Positions 37,701-51,238 of a stretch of 64,000 nt of DNA are shown piece by piece. Position numbers and translations under genes: made by a program. Location: NCBI GenBank assembly GCA_951406725.2, contig OX597815.1, positions 181,102,001 through 181,166,000 of the forward strand, written 5' to 3'. The DNA comes from Octopus vulgaris (Eukaryota). A model generated the notes under the pieces. It saw only the letters and a program-made list of their open reading frames with translations, did not search any database and was not told the origin of the DNA. The stretch's first letter is position 1. Each line of letters opens with the position of its first letter.

Positions 37701-37703
<3 letters not shown>
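35915..37703 (+). mobile_element. 5'-truncated young CR1-group (Zenon-like) LINE inserted in (TA)n
   Basis: Open RT ORF, TTAAGGAT tail repeat, and (TA)n on both sides. Confidence 0.92.
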
Positions 37704-37768
<65 letters not shown>

Positions 37769-37781
37769 GTGTATATATATA

Positions 37782-37817
<36 letters not shown>

Positions 37818-37874
37818 TATACATATGTATATATGTATGTATATGTATATATGTATGTATATATATATTCATTC

Positions 37875-38560
37875 TTATATTATTGCGGCGTTACGTGCAC
37901 CCCCCGTTTGTTTGTCCAATTTTAAACCCTGCACGACTTCTATACACACTGTCTTTCCTGCCCGCCATTGCTTCTTCACCAAACTTTTTGGCGCCCTCCG
38001 ATTCTTCCCCTCTCTTCCTCCCATCCTCCTTAATCCCTTCTTTCTCCTTTTCTCTTGGTCACTGATTCTGTCCCCTGCCTTCCACCCTCTTTGATTCCCT
38101 CTCTCTCTGTCTCTCTTTCTCTCTCTCTCCTGCGACCTGCTGCTTCTTAAACCATTCTGTTGGCCTTCGTATCTCGACCAACATGTGTCCCCGCTACCGA
38201 AACGGTAATTATTTCTACGCCAGCTATGTTGTTGTTGTTTCTGTCTCATTTGGTCTAAAGTCGTATGACAACCACCGTTATATATGTTTTGTTTGTTCAT
38301 TACCGTTTTCAATTTCGTTTTCGTCTCTTGTGTTTACATCCGTCTTGTGCGTTCACATTCCTGTCTTCTACCAAGAAATCTAATGCTTACAGCTTAGTTT
38401 TTTTTCTTGGGGCTGGCCGAATTGGAGCAAATATCAGAATTGAACAGCCGAAATTTGCTATGATGGTTCGGTGTCTGACTGAAGATTGAAGGCTTCGAAT
38501 GATTTGTCTGTGTTCCGTGTTCGTCCCTTCCTGTGTTTCACGTTCATTATATATAAAAAC
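37875..38560. repeat. Unclassified repeat between (TA)n tracts, with a right part related to 49100-49235
   Basis: Shared CAGCCGAAATT..GACTGANGA..CGAATGA block and a pyrimidine-rich body. Confidence 0.4.
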
Positions 38561-38569
38561 ATTCATTCT

Positions 38570-38741
38570 TATATATGTATGTATATATATATATATGTAT
38601 ATATATATGTATATATGTATGTATATATATATATGTATATATATATGTATATATATATGTATATATATATGTATATATATATGTATATGTATGTATATAC
38701 ATATGTATATATGTATGTATATGTGTATGTATATATATATG

Positions 38742-38810
<69 letters not shown>

Positions 38811-38881
38811 GTATATATGTATGTATATATATATATGTATATATGTATGTATATATATGTATATATGTATTTATATCTATG

Positions 38882-38929
<48 letters not shown>

Positions 38930-38930
38930 G
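38570..38930. repeat. (TA)n/(TATG)n microsatellite
   Basis: Direct reading. Confidence 0.95.
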
Positions 38931-39440
38931 TATACGCAATTTATGCCAATTTACTCATTTCGCATAAAAATATGAAGGCAAATTTCAGATGCATCTGGAA
39001 ATAGTTAAGCTATAACCAACTTGTTAACCGTTTAGGTCATTAGTTTATATATTTGTATTGGAATATTTTGTAATTTACCCTTCGTTCATCTCCCTGAAGT
39101 TACCGAAAGAAGAAAATAAAAACAGCAATCATAATCCAAAAGCAATTTTTAGAATCTTTAAAGACAATTAGTGAAAACAAAATGTAGAAAATAAATTGAT
39201 GATAGTCAAGAAAATGAAGGTGAAGAACGGTGAATAGTCAGACAGACATTATTACTCTGCCGTCGCTGTTGCCTGAAACATGAAAAGAAGAAGACTAGAT
39301 CGTGTTTCTGTTTTCGTACTTAACGTAAAAATAGAAAGTAAATAGAAAGTAACGGATTTGCTCTTCAACCGGGACCAACTGCTTGATTCAGTTTCAAATA
39401 AGAAAATAGAAACATTGTATGGAAACTTTCAGATGAATAA

Positions 39441-40011
39441 TCTTTTCTGCTAAAGGCACAAGGCCTGGAATTTGTGGCGGGGGCGGGGGGAAAGAGTCGA
39501 GTACATCGACCCCAGGACTTGATTGGTTCTTAATTTATCGACCCCGAAAGGATGAAAGGAAAAGTTTTGAATTCAGGACGTAGCGGTAGACGAAATGCTT
39601 ATTTCTTTACTACCCACAAGGGGCTAAACACAGTAAGGACGAACAAGGACAAACAAACGGATTAAGTCGATTACATCGACCCCAGTGCGTAACTGGTACT
39701 TGATTTATCGACCCCGAAAGGATGAAAGGCAAAATCGACCTCGGCGGAATTTGAACGCAGAACGTAGCGGCAGACGAAATACCTATTTCTTTACTACCCA
39801 GAAGGGGCTAATCACAGAGAGGACAAACAAACGGATTAAGTCGATTACATCGACCCCCAGTGCGTAACCTGATACTTGATTTTCGACTCTGAAAGGAAGG
39901 ATGAAAGGCAAAGTCGACCTCGGCAATATTTGAACTCAGAACGTAACGGCAGACGAAATACAGCCAAGCATTTCGCCCGGCGTGTTAACGACTCTGTCAG
40001 CTCACCACCTT
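39441..40011 (-). mobile_element. SINE family A multimer (three bodies, one head)
   Basis: Repeated TATTTCTTTACTACCCA..GACGAAAT units. Confidence 0.85.
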
Positions 40012-40065
40012 CTCTTAAATGAATAATAACACAATATATATTTTATCTTTCTATTTTTTATCTTT

Positions 40066-40415
40066 TGTGTCAGTCATTAGACTGCGCCCATGCTGGGGCA
40101 CTGTCTTGAAGAATTTTAGTTGAGAATTTATTTTTAAACACTGGCACTTATTCTATCGGTCTCTTAGGCCAAACCGCTACGTTACGGGTACGTAACCACC
40201 AGCACCAGTTGTCAAACGGTGGTGAGGAGACATAAACACACACACACATATATACAGTCAACAGGCTTCATTCAGTTTCCGTCTACCAAATCCACTCACA
40301 AGACTTTGGTCCGGCCTAGACTATAGGGGAAGACACTTGCCCAAAGTTCCACGCAGTGGGACTGAATCCAGGACCATTTGGTTGGGAAGCAAACCTCTTA
40401 CCACACACCCGTGCC
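40066..40415 (-). mobile_element. SINE family B, diverged
   Basis: Reverse head and tail motifs. Confidence 0.8.
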
Positions 40416-40664
40416 TAGAATTTTACATTCCCCACCCTTTTGGTGTTCAATGACATTACGAAGACCCAGTAATATGCTAGACTCGGTCGACGTCACCTAT
40501 CTCCACTATAATTTCTATCTAAAATAGAAACGAGCTCTGATAAAGCCTGTAGAAATAAAAAACGCTCGATGATAACGATTCTGCCAGTTCGCCGCCTTGC
40601 AGATGTCCCTAATATCAATATGAAAAATGCGAAATATCTTATCGCTGTCCATATATGGTTATTC

Positions 40665-40995
40665 AAGGCGGTGAGCTGGTAGAAACGTTAGCACGCCGGG
40701 CGAAATTCTTAGCCGTATTTCGTCTGCCGTTACGTTCTGAGTTCAAATTCCGCCGAGGTCGACTTTGCCTTTCATCTTTTCGGGGTCGATAAATTAAGTA
40801 CCAGTTACGCACTGGGGTTGATGATATAATCGACCTAATCCGTTTGTCTGTTCTTGTTTGTCCTCTCTGTGTTGGTAGTAAAGAAATAGGTGTTCGGTCA
40901 GTCTTTACGTTCTGAGTTCAAATTCCGTCGAGGTCGACTTTGCCTTTCATCCTTTCGGAGTCGATAAATCAAGTACCAGTTGCGTGCTGGGGTTA
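40665..40995 (+). mobile_element. SINE family A dimer
   Basis: Head plus body, then a second body after AAAGAAATAGG. Confidence 0.85.
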
Positions 40996-41111
40996 ATTTC
41001 TCTTCTCTTTCGTTTACTTTCACATGCTTGACATTCAAAAATAAGAGTGTTACAAGACATTTTTTTACTACATTAAAAAAAGTGCCATTGTAAGGTGAGG
41101 ACACATTAGAT

Positions 41112-41386
41112 CAGTGGTTCTCAAAGTGGGTGGTATGGTCCCCCTGGGGGCGGTGGAAAGCTCCAAGAGGGCGTTGAAGAAAAATGGGGCGATAATGAGA
41201 GAGCGATTCATGTAAAAACAACAAAATAATGGGTTCGTTAGTTTAAGTTTCATTTGTGAATAACAGTTGTCTTGAATTTGCTTCAGAAAAAAGTCTATGT
41301 TTGTGATGGTTAGTTGGGGAGGGAGCGCTAGGAATGTGGCCCGGGTGTCAAGGGGACGGCATCCCGAAAAAGTTTGGGAACCAGTG
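41112..41386 (+). mobile_element. hAT (Charlie-like) MITE with perfect 8-bp TSD
   Basis: TIR CAGTGGTTCTCAAA / TTTGGGAACCAGTG and TSD CATTAGAT (41104-41111, 41387-41394). Partial inverted copy at 43347-43522. Confidence 0.92.
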
Positions 41387-42013
41387 CATTAGATGATTGC
41401 ATCTGAAACACCATCGGTTGGCTCGATCATGACTGACTACGGTAAAGTAAGACAAAAAAGAAAGGAAAGAAAATCAGTGTTCAAAGTTTTTACAAGTCCT
41501 CTCACGGCTAATGATACGATTTAGCTTCTGTTCAGGCTGAACTCCTGTATCCGTTGGGAAAAAAGCATCGAAAGAGTAAAACTATGTTTAAAGAAGCAGC
41601 CATGCATATAATTTAGAAGTGAACCGTACAGTGTTCGTTTTCCTAAACGTATTAAACTTAAAATAGATAAATATGTAGGGTCTTTGAGATATAAAAGTAG
41701 GCCATCCGAGCGCTGCAGATGTATCTCACAAACAGACGCCTATACACGCATGACATGTCTCTAGCTATCTCTCAACCTATTTTTTTTCTTTTTTGCGTGT
41801 CTATCTGTCTGTCTGTCTCTCTATTCCTCATGATTTTCTCTCTCTCACACGCACAAACACACACACACAAACATATGTGTGTGTATATATATATATCACG
41901 TGATCACGTGACCGACCAGACCATCAGATGTTGTTGCACATCGCTGGTCACAATGCGTTCGCATTGTTTTAGCCTCCGAATGACGCCACCCCACTGGCTA
42001 AGCGAGCAGGCCA

Positions 42014-42068
<55 letters not shown>

Positions 42069-42296
42069 CATACATATATGCATGTATCTATCTATCATAC
42101 ACACTCACACACACATATAGGCGCAGGCGTGGCTGTGGGGTAAGAGGCTTGCTTCCCAACCACATAATTCCGGGTTCAGTCCCACTGCGTGGCACCTTGG
42201 GCAAGTGTCTTCTACTATAGCCTCGGGCCGACCAAAACCCTGTGAGTAGATTTGGTAGAAGGAAACTGAAAGAATCCCGTCATGTGTGTGTGTGTT

Positions 42297-42345
<49 letters not shown>

Positions 42346-42361
42346 ATATATGAGGTGCAGT

Positions 42362-42404
<43 letters not shown>

Positions 42405-42414
42405 AAACAAAACC

Positions 42415-42565
42415 TCCATAACATCATACAATCTCTCAAATCCGCCATAACCAGCACCGCGTCCATATTTAATAAAGATCGTCTGATTCAGGCATGTCAA
42501 CACTTCCGACTTCGTACTGAAGCAACTATTGACGCTAACGGTGCATTTATTGAAGAGGTGTGATA
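42415..42565 (+). pseudogene. Tc1/mariner (maT/DD37D-like) transposase C-terminal remnant
   Basis: SLKSAITS...DRLIQACQHFRLRTEATIDANGAFIE*. Confidence 0.7.
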
Positions 42566-42681
42566 AAAGGTTCTCAAGATTATTTGTACCAATTTGTTCA
42601 CAAATTCAGGCTTTCTCTGATGAGCTCTGCGTGTTCTTCGTGATTCGTACAAATGGTTTATAAAAACTCTGACATCCCTCG

Positions 42682-43072
42682 TCTCTCTATATATAAAGCT
42701 GAAGTTGTCTGTGTTGGGCAAGTTTTGTAGCCTTCAACTAACACTATCTCCTCTGAGACCCTGCGGCGCAAGTTGACCAAAATTGAGAGTATGATAGAAG
42801 AAGGCTTGCTCTTACTTCCGTAGAAAATAAAATTCAAATCGGGCCATGTTAACACCAAAATTTATTTACAGCAAAAAGGTGCTTTTTTTCTATGAAAATC
42901 CTATTTTTTACGATTTTTTGACTGCTGTGTCGCCATTTTTCGGTGTATTTCAACTAGAAAACTGTTCACTTAAAGAGAATAACAAGCTACATAATGCAAA
43001 ATTTTTACTTTTCAAAAATTCCAATTCTAAAGGGTCGAAACAAACCCGAGCAACGCCGGGCGAAATTGCTAG
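42682..43072 (+). mobile_element. Non-autonomous Helitron, family H1
   Basis: TC start, CCCGAGCAACGCCGGG hairpin and CTAG|T end. Confidence 0.85.
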
Positions 43073-43627
43073 TATATTTATAAAGAACAAAGTTGAAAAT
43101 GTTAAACTGCTTAGAGAATTTCATGATTAAAAGAAGGAAAATATTTACATCGTTGTCCAAATATGCGACTCGTTTCATTTGTTTTAAAGACTATTTAGTT
43201 ATGCAATAAGCAAATGAAGAATAAATTAAAATAAATTAATCTTTATTGTTAGGAGTTCCATAAAATGAGAAAAGTGGGGGGTGGGGAAACTGACGATTTA
43301 TGAACCGAAAGCAAAGAGAAACATAAAGACTTAAAAACATTCAGTCCAGTAGTTCCCAAACGTTCTGGAATGCTGCCCTCTTGGCACCCAAACCACATTC
43401 CTAGCACTCCACCCACCCACACACTATTACTAACACAAACCTCTTTCTATTGTAAATTCAAAACAATTGTACTTCACAAATAAAACTTAACCTAATTAAC
43501 TCATTATTTTGTTGATTTTACAAGATGAAAGACTAAATTTACATTCCACATGAAACTACATTGTTTTTATATTTCTAATCCGATGGGTGTATATTGTGCA
43601 GGGATATCAGATTCTTGACATCAGGCT

Positions 43628-44305
43628 GAAACCGCGATCCTCCGCCCGCGAGTCCGCTGCCCTAACCACTGGGCCATTGCGCCTCCTTTTTGCGTATTAC
43701 AAATGTTAAAAGATTGAAGATATAATGTGCAACATACTTAGAACAACCAAACTCAGCTTGCACTCAGATTAGTCTCTCTTGGCGAACCAATGAAAGTATG
43801 TTTCTTGTTTTTATGAAGTAGTTCAATATTTATTTCTTTACGTACTGAGGTCGATGTAATCGACTTAATCCGTTTGTCTGTCCTTGTTTGTCCCCTCTAT
43901 GTTTAGCCCCTTGTAGGCAATAAAGAAATACGAAATTTCCAGACAGTTTCCCTTTGACAGTCATTGAAATTCTGTGAGCAACAAAAGTTCATAAATCTTT
44001 ATCAGTCTCTCTCAGAACAAAATTGTAGAAACAGCGGGGAATTGTACGCCTGTTCCTTGATTTTATTTACTGGTGTGATAATAGCACTCATTGATTTGTT
44101 AATCTTTGACGAAACAATCAAAAACAAGAAACAGACTTTCATTGCTCCGCAAAGAGAGACTAATCTAACTGCAAGCTGAGTTTCGTTGTTCTAAGTATGT
44201 TGCACATTATATCTTCAGTCTTTTAACATTTGTAATACTCAAAAAAGAGGCGCAATGGCCCAGTGGTTGGGGCAGCGGACTCGCGGTCGGAGGATCGCGG
44301 CTTCG
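43628..44305. repeat. ~185-bp inverted repeat (arms 43628-43813 and 44119-44305)
   Basis: Arms are reverse complements and each includes a family C SINE head plus ~125 bp of non-SINE flank. Confidence 0.9.
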
Positions 44306-45299
44306 ATTCCCAGACTGGGCGTTGTGTGTTTATTGAGCGAAAACACCTAAAAGCTCCACGATGTTTCTTGAGTAACGCTGCGATGGACTGGGGTGCCGTC
44401 CAGCAGGGGGGAATACATACGCCACAGAAACGGGGCCCATGAGCCTGGGTAGGCTTGAAAAGGGCGTCGAATACGCAAAAAGGAAATTAGAAAGCAATTT
44501 TCATATTTCCGCTTAATCCCGATCCCACCACACACACACACACACACACACACAAAACGAGCTATTTCGATTCTTGCACGCTAGCTTTTCCATTTTCTTT
44601 TTCTGTAAGAATTACAGATTATAAGTGTGGAATACTACAACATTATGAAAATATCTTATAAAGGTGGTGGCTGTTGAGTTCCAAAGGTACGATGAGGGGA
44701 TATGTAGACGTTTAAAAAAAAAGCATAGATTAAAAAGTTTTAAAGAAAGTCCGAGTGGGATATTATAAAATGTGGAAAAATCCCGAAAAGAAAAAACAAA
44801 AGAAGAAAGAGAGAAATTCCGATCTACGTAAGACAGCTATTCTAGAAGACCTAGCAATATTAATTAAACGACTTTTTAAAATTCGTAATTGTAGAGCTTC
44901 TAAAACATAAATTTGAAACAAATGTGGGGAAAAAACCGAAAGACAAAAACAATTGGTGAGTTCAAATTCGAACACCACTACGATAACTTGTACTTGAACA
45001 AATCTAAAAATGAGAAATTATTATAGTGATTTATATTTAAAATAGGTGGCATTCTAATCTACGTAAGAGTCTGTGGGGTCTGACTATTTCTTATTACATG
45101 TACGAAGTTCATAATTGTAGTTGTTTGAGAAAAAAATTGATTTATTTAGTGAAAGTGATCATTCTCTCACTCCTCAATTCTGCAATACACACACACGTGT
45201 GTGTGTGTGTATTTATGGCTTCGAGTGACTGCTTCTCCACTTAATATTCTCTGGAGAGCTTGGCGAGTAGAATGATGCCAAATATATATCTATATTCGT

Positions 45300-45351
<52 letters not shown>

Positions 45352-45357
<6 letters not shown>

Positions 45358-45640
45358 ACCGAACAGACTATCAGACGTTGTTACACATCGCTGGTCACAA
45401 TGCGTTCGCATTGTTTTAGCCTTCGAATGACGCCATTGGCGAGCAGGCTAACAGAAGAAAGAGTGAGAGAAAGTTGTGGCGAAAGAGTACTGCAGGGTCC
45501 ACCCACCCCCTGCCAGAGCCTCGTGGAGCTTTTAGGTGTTTTCGCTCAATAAACACTCACAACGCCTGGTTTGGGAATCGAAACCGTGACCCTACGACCA
45601 CGAGTCCGCTGCCCTAACCACTGGGCCATAGCGCCACCAC
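45352..45640 (-). mobile_element. SINE family C (tail variant iii, also at 41915-42015)
   Basis: Reverse family C head and the shared TCACGTGACC..GCGAGCAGGC tail. Confidence 0.8.
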
Positions 45641-45644
45641 ATAT

Positions 45645-45690
<46 letters not shown>

Positions 45691-45704
45691 GTGTATGTGT
45701 GTGT

Positions 45705-45746
<42 letters not shown>

Positions 45747-48700
45747 ATACTTTGATAGGTTTCGGCCAGTACTGGCCTAGGCCATGTCTAACTTAATAGC
45801 ACAACCTGGCAAAGTCATTCAAATCAGGAATCGCACAGCATGGTCCGCTCAATTGGAGAGTTATTGTTTACGGAGACATATCCGGGTGTAGGAAGTTTAT
45901 CCAGGATTTCTTGAAAGAATTTGTCCAAAGACTTCTTGCATTTTATGGTGTCTGTTTCTGCTTTAATGTGTTTTGCTGTTTCTGCTTTAATGTGTTTTGC
46001 TGTAATGTTAAAGTGGGCGGGACCAATTAAGGTGAAATAATTGTGCCGTAGTGTTATGCCATGCGAGCATGATTTATGGTGTGTGCGGATAGTACAGGAC
46101 CCAAGTCTTGCGTATGTCTTAAAGGCAATGCTAACATAATTTGGGCAATGCTGATGGAATATTTTCCACATCATGCAGATGATGTAGCGCTCACGGCAGC
46201 GTTGGGGAGAATAAAGCTTAAGCTTTTCTAGCCGACCCCAATAGTCAAGACCTGTCATGCCATCTATCTTTTTTGTAATTGACCTTTGAGGTGCTTCAAT
46301 TTTCATGATACTTTGTTTCGTGTGGGGAGACCACAATGAACAACAGTATTCAAGGTGGGGTCGGGCAAAAGTGGAGAAGTGAAGGATAATGGTGAGGGAA
46401 TCTCTCGACTGGAAGATTCTGAGAATCCAGGAACACATTCTGCGTGCCATGTCAACTTTGCTGCTTATATGTGTAACCCAGCTTATGTTGTTGGATGCCA
46501 TGAGAGTTTCACCTGAAGGAAGGGAGTATGGGAGTTTCGGAGTATCCTCTTTTCCGAAGTGGATTAACTCAAACTTGTCCTCGTTCAGCAGTATATTATT
46601 CTTTTCCGCCCATTGGATGTCAGCCAGTAGACCTGATTGAAGGCATGCCCGGTCACCCACTTCATTGATGACCTTCTGGATCTTGGAATCATCTGCAAAG
46701 ATTCTTATGTTGTTGTGCTTGATGATGTCAGTAATGTCATTGATGTAGATGATGGAAAGAAGTAGGCCCAACACAGTGCCTTGTGGGACACCATTACTGA
46801 CTTTGGCTGGGCTTGATTTTACTTCTTCAACTACAACGTGTTGGATTCTGCCTGTCAGGAAACACTTGATACATTGTAGTAACTTTCCAGAGACACCAAT
46901 GTTGGATAGTTTCTTCAAGAGGAACTTATGATCTACCTTGTCAAAGGCCTTTGCTGAAATCAAAGTAGATGACATCAGTATTCGAACCCTCTCCCACAGC
47001 TCTCGAAATGTCACCAAGGTGATGCAGGAGCTGTGTTAGGCAGTTCCTTCCATTACGGAACCCATGTTGGTTGGGGTTCAACAGTCTGTTACTTTCAAGA
47101 AAGTGGGTTATTTGTGATCTCACTACCCTCTCAAATACCTTGATGATATGAGATGTGAGCGAGATCAGACGGTAGTTCACTGCAAGGGACTTATTTCCCT
47201 TTTTGAAAACTGGGACAGAAAGTTTTCAGGAATATAGGCAACATCCAGTGAGTTCCTCCACAGAATAGCAAGAGGAGATGCAAGTTGGGGTCGACACACC
47301 TTCAGGACAATAGCGCGAACCTATCAGGGCCTACTGCTGAATTGTGTTTAATTTCGTTTATTGCCGCTTAGACATCAGGGGCGCCAAACGTTATGTCCGA
47401 TATAGTATGTTGAGGATTAACATCACTGATACAGTCCAGATCGGCCATACAGGATAGCTAAAAACAGAGGAGTATTGTTTCTGCAGTATCTCACTCATGG
47501 TTTTGGCATTGTCTTGGAGATGGCTATTTTCATCAATTAGAGGGCCAACATTGGAGACAGTGACCATGTGTTTTTCGCAAAAGAGAACACTTTGGGGTTG
47601 AGTTTGATTCTCTTAATGGCCCACTTCTCCTCAGCTGTTCTTTGGTTATTGATGATGTTCTTCGTGTATTGTTGGAGTTTATATATTTTTTATTCGAGCA
47701 GGGCAACGGCTGTTGAATATATATGTGGATGTTGGCAGTATTTTAGTTTGTTTTTATTTTTCTGATAATCGTTTTGGAGAACTCTGCACTTAGTTTTCTT
47801 CATAGGTCTTGGTGGGGTGTGTTTAGCACATATATTTGTGACAGTGTCTTCAACGATCTGCCAAAATATTTTGATGCTGGAGGAGGTGTGTGCATATGTG
47901 AAAGGCCAGTCAACATGTGATAGCTCGTTCATGATTAGGTCCCAGTCGGCATTATAGAGATCCATGTTATCAAATGGGTGGGCTGAAGAGGTCACTAGGG
48001 CTAGCTTTCGGCTGGTGGAATCTCGGGTTGCAGAGAACCATGTCATGGTCAGGAAAAAGTGTTTCTACCAATGTAATATTGTGTATAGTGTTGGTGAGGT
48101 TACTAAACTCAAGTGCTAAAATGTTGTAATATCTTTTTTGTTTAAGGACAAGTCGAGAAATGACATTACTGCTTCTTTGTCAGCAGTTGAGTGCCTGGTT
48201 TCAAAATGTTTGTAGACCAATCAACACAGGAAGATTAAAATCTCCCATCATAAATATGTTATTAGAATGGCACTGTTGTATAAAGCACTTAATGCTTTTG
48301 AGGCATTCATTAAAGCGCGTTATGAGTGTTTGAGGTGGTCTATAGAGCCCAACTACAATCAGGTGATTGGTTTTGTTGTGCACAGTGACCGATCCACAGT
48401 AGCCATCGGAGAATGTATATTTCCATCTGCCGAAAAGGAATCATGCAGGAAAATGGCAGTTCCACCCTTCCTTCTGTCGACTCGATCTGCACGGATGGTT
48501 GTGAAATTCCTCACTTTCACTTCGGTTTCCAAGTGGGGCCTCGGTAAGAATGGAGAAATGGATGTGGTGTGGATGGTTACCAACCCAATCCTCGGTGAAT
48601 TGGATCTTCCATTTTTTTGCATTGATGGAGGGACTGACACCTTGTGCATTGAGTAAGAGTGTGGAGGCTGGCGTAGTGGCAGGTTTTGACTGTTGCAGGG

Positions 48701-48950
48701 GACTTTTTTCTGTTTGCGTGTTAGTGACAGCAATGTGGGGAGTTGGTGCACTGGGGTAATGGCAAAGGATGGTATTTAGTGTTTGCTAAAAGGTCTTTTT
48801 TTTTGTATCTCTTTTGTCAGGTTCAACATGGCTGAAAAAGAATGTTCCTTCTTAGGGAGCAGTTTTTGACTGGAGGTGTGGTTGTTCAGGGTTATCGTTT
48901 CCGCTTTTGTTATGGTTTGTTGTTGTTGTTATTGTTCTTCTGTCTTCGTG
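45747..48950 (-). mobile_element. Decayed near-full-length CR1-group LINE (APE plus RT, multiple frameshifts)
   Basis: [57 protein letters not shown] and FADD. The 5' boundary is approximate. Confidence 0.9.
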
Positions 48951-49255
48951 AAGAGACTTGACCAGCATTACTGCGGCAGGGAGTGTTTATACTGTGGTTT
49001 GTGTGTTGGCTTCGAGACCCATTTCTGTCAGTGCTTCGAGTCCCTGGAAGATGAGGGAAGGGAGTCATGCAATAGACATAGGTCTAGATTATCTTTGCAA
49101 CTTCGAGTATAACCAGCCGAAATTGCAAAGATAATCTGGAACACGACTGAGGAAAGAAAACTCCGAATGACCCGTATTTGTTTTCTTTGTATCGTCTATC
49201 TGGATGTTTTGCGTTCTTGTCCCATTTTGTATGTTTTATATATATATATATATAT

Positions 49256-49457
49256 CAGTGGTTTTCAACCAGGGTTCCGCCAATACAGTCCAGGGGTTCC
49301 GCAAGAAGTTACAAAACTGCAAAGATCGGCAGTAATTTTTAAGTCGCATGTGCAGATATGTGTGCATAAGACTATTAAATTATTGCACAGGGGTTCCTCG
49401 AGCCAGTGGAATGTTTGCCCCCTTGGGGTTCCGCTCCAGCAAAAAGTTTGAAAAGCA

Positions 49458-49460
<3 letters not shown>
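49256..49460. mobile_element. hAT-type MITE inserted in (TA)n
   Basis: TIR CAGTGGTTTTCAA / TTGAAAAGCACTG, with internal GGGTTCC repeats. Confidence 0.85.
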
Positions 49461-49532
<72 letters not shown>

Positions 49533-49920
49533 TGTCTGTATATATATATCGATATTTACTGTGTGTATATAACTAGTAGACAAAGGAACAGATTTCAACT
49601 CAAACCAGTAAATCATCAATGAAGAAGAAGACCGAACTCAACTCCAGTCTGATCTATATGCTGTACAGGAAACTTTTTTTACCACTTCTGTACACCATTT
49701 TCCTCGAATAATGGAACTGAAACTACAATATCTTTATATATCTTATTTCTACTTTCATTCTCTTATTTCACTCTATATTCCCTATCTTTTCCACAATAAT
49801 TCGAACTCAACTATTTTCTCACACCGGCTCTGAAGGGATATTCATAATACCCCAGAAACACTATTTCCCTATAAATGTCCTGGAAACTCCTCACAGCCTT
49901 GGCTTTGTTATCTCATTCTA

Positions 49921-50039
<119 letters not shown>

Positions 50040-50689
50040 TGTATGTATGTATATGTAGGTACGTACACACACGCGTTGGCATTGGTATCAAAGATGATGG
50101 TTAGTGCTAAGAGCAGGTCTGTAGGGAATTGTGGAGACTGCCGTTTCGTACAGAATTTTAAAGCAGGAACAATGACATTGTTGTACTTACGAAGACACAC
50201 ACACACACACACACACATGCATGTACGCAATGCGTTTGTATTTATATGTATATGTATATATATATATATACAGATATAAACAGAAATGTATATATGCATC
50301 CTCTTCATTTCGGTGTTGCTGTAGTGCCTATTATTATTATTGTTGTTGACGTTGTTTCTATGCAGTGCCATATGTTTTTGTCTTTCTGGGGAATTCTCTT
50401 GGGAAATTTATGACCAACCTTGTTAGTAAAGTTTTGGTTTTATTATTTTTTTTTATATATTTTTGTTTCCTTCTTGCTTGAAGTTAATTTTCTTAAGGCA
50501 ACATTTTTCAGATTGATTTGTAAGAACTATTTTCTAAACCTGAATGAACCTTTGAAAATCAAGGGAAGGCTGTTACCCTTAAATCCCGACCCCACGACCC
50601 AGATTTTTCCACCACCTACTTTGGCAATCACCTAAACGATAAGATATCGTCATCAATATTAATTTCAAATTTGAAAACATGGACAGCAA

Positions 50690-51238
50690 ATCTGAATGAG
50701 GGGACGAGTCGATTACATCGACCCCAATACGCAACTGGTACTTATTTAATCGACCCCGAAAAGATGAAAGGCAAAGTTAACCTCGGTGGAATTTGAACTC
50801 AGAACGTAAAGACAGACGAAATACCTATTTCTTTACTACCCACAAGGGGCTAAACACAGAAGGGACAAACAAGGACAGGCAAACGGATTAAGTCGATTAC
50901 ATCGACCCCAGTGCGTAACTGCTACTTATTTAATCGACTCCGAAAGGATGAAAGGCAAAGTCGACCTAGGTGGAATTTGAACTCAAAACGTAAAGATAGA
51001 CGAAATACCTATTTCTTTACTATCCACAAGAGGCTAAACACAGAAGGGACAAACAAGGACAGGCAAACGGATTAAGTCGATTACATCGACCCCAGTGCGT
51101 AACTGGTACTTATTTAATCGACCCCGAAAGGATGAAAGGCAAAGTCGATCTCGGTGGAATTTGAACTCAAAACGTAAAGACAGACGAAATACCGCTAAAT
51201 ATTTTGTCCGGTGTGCTAACAATTCTACCGGCTCTCCT
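50690..51238 (-). mobile_element. SINE family A trimer (~187-bp period)
   Basis: Three bodies joined at GACGAAATAC|CTATTTCTTTACT, with a single head. Confidence 0.9.

Noticed and set aside
50690-51238. CRISPR-like array (also 55137-55243)
   Set aside because: Eukaryotic context, no unique spacers or cas genes, and the units are retroposon parts.
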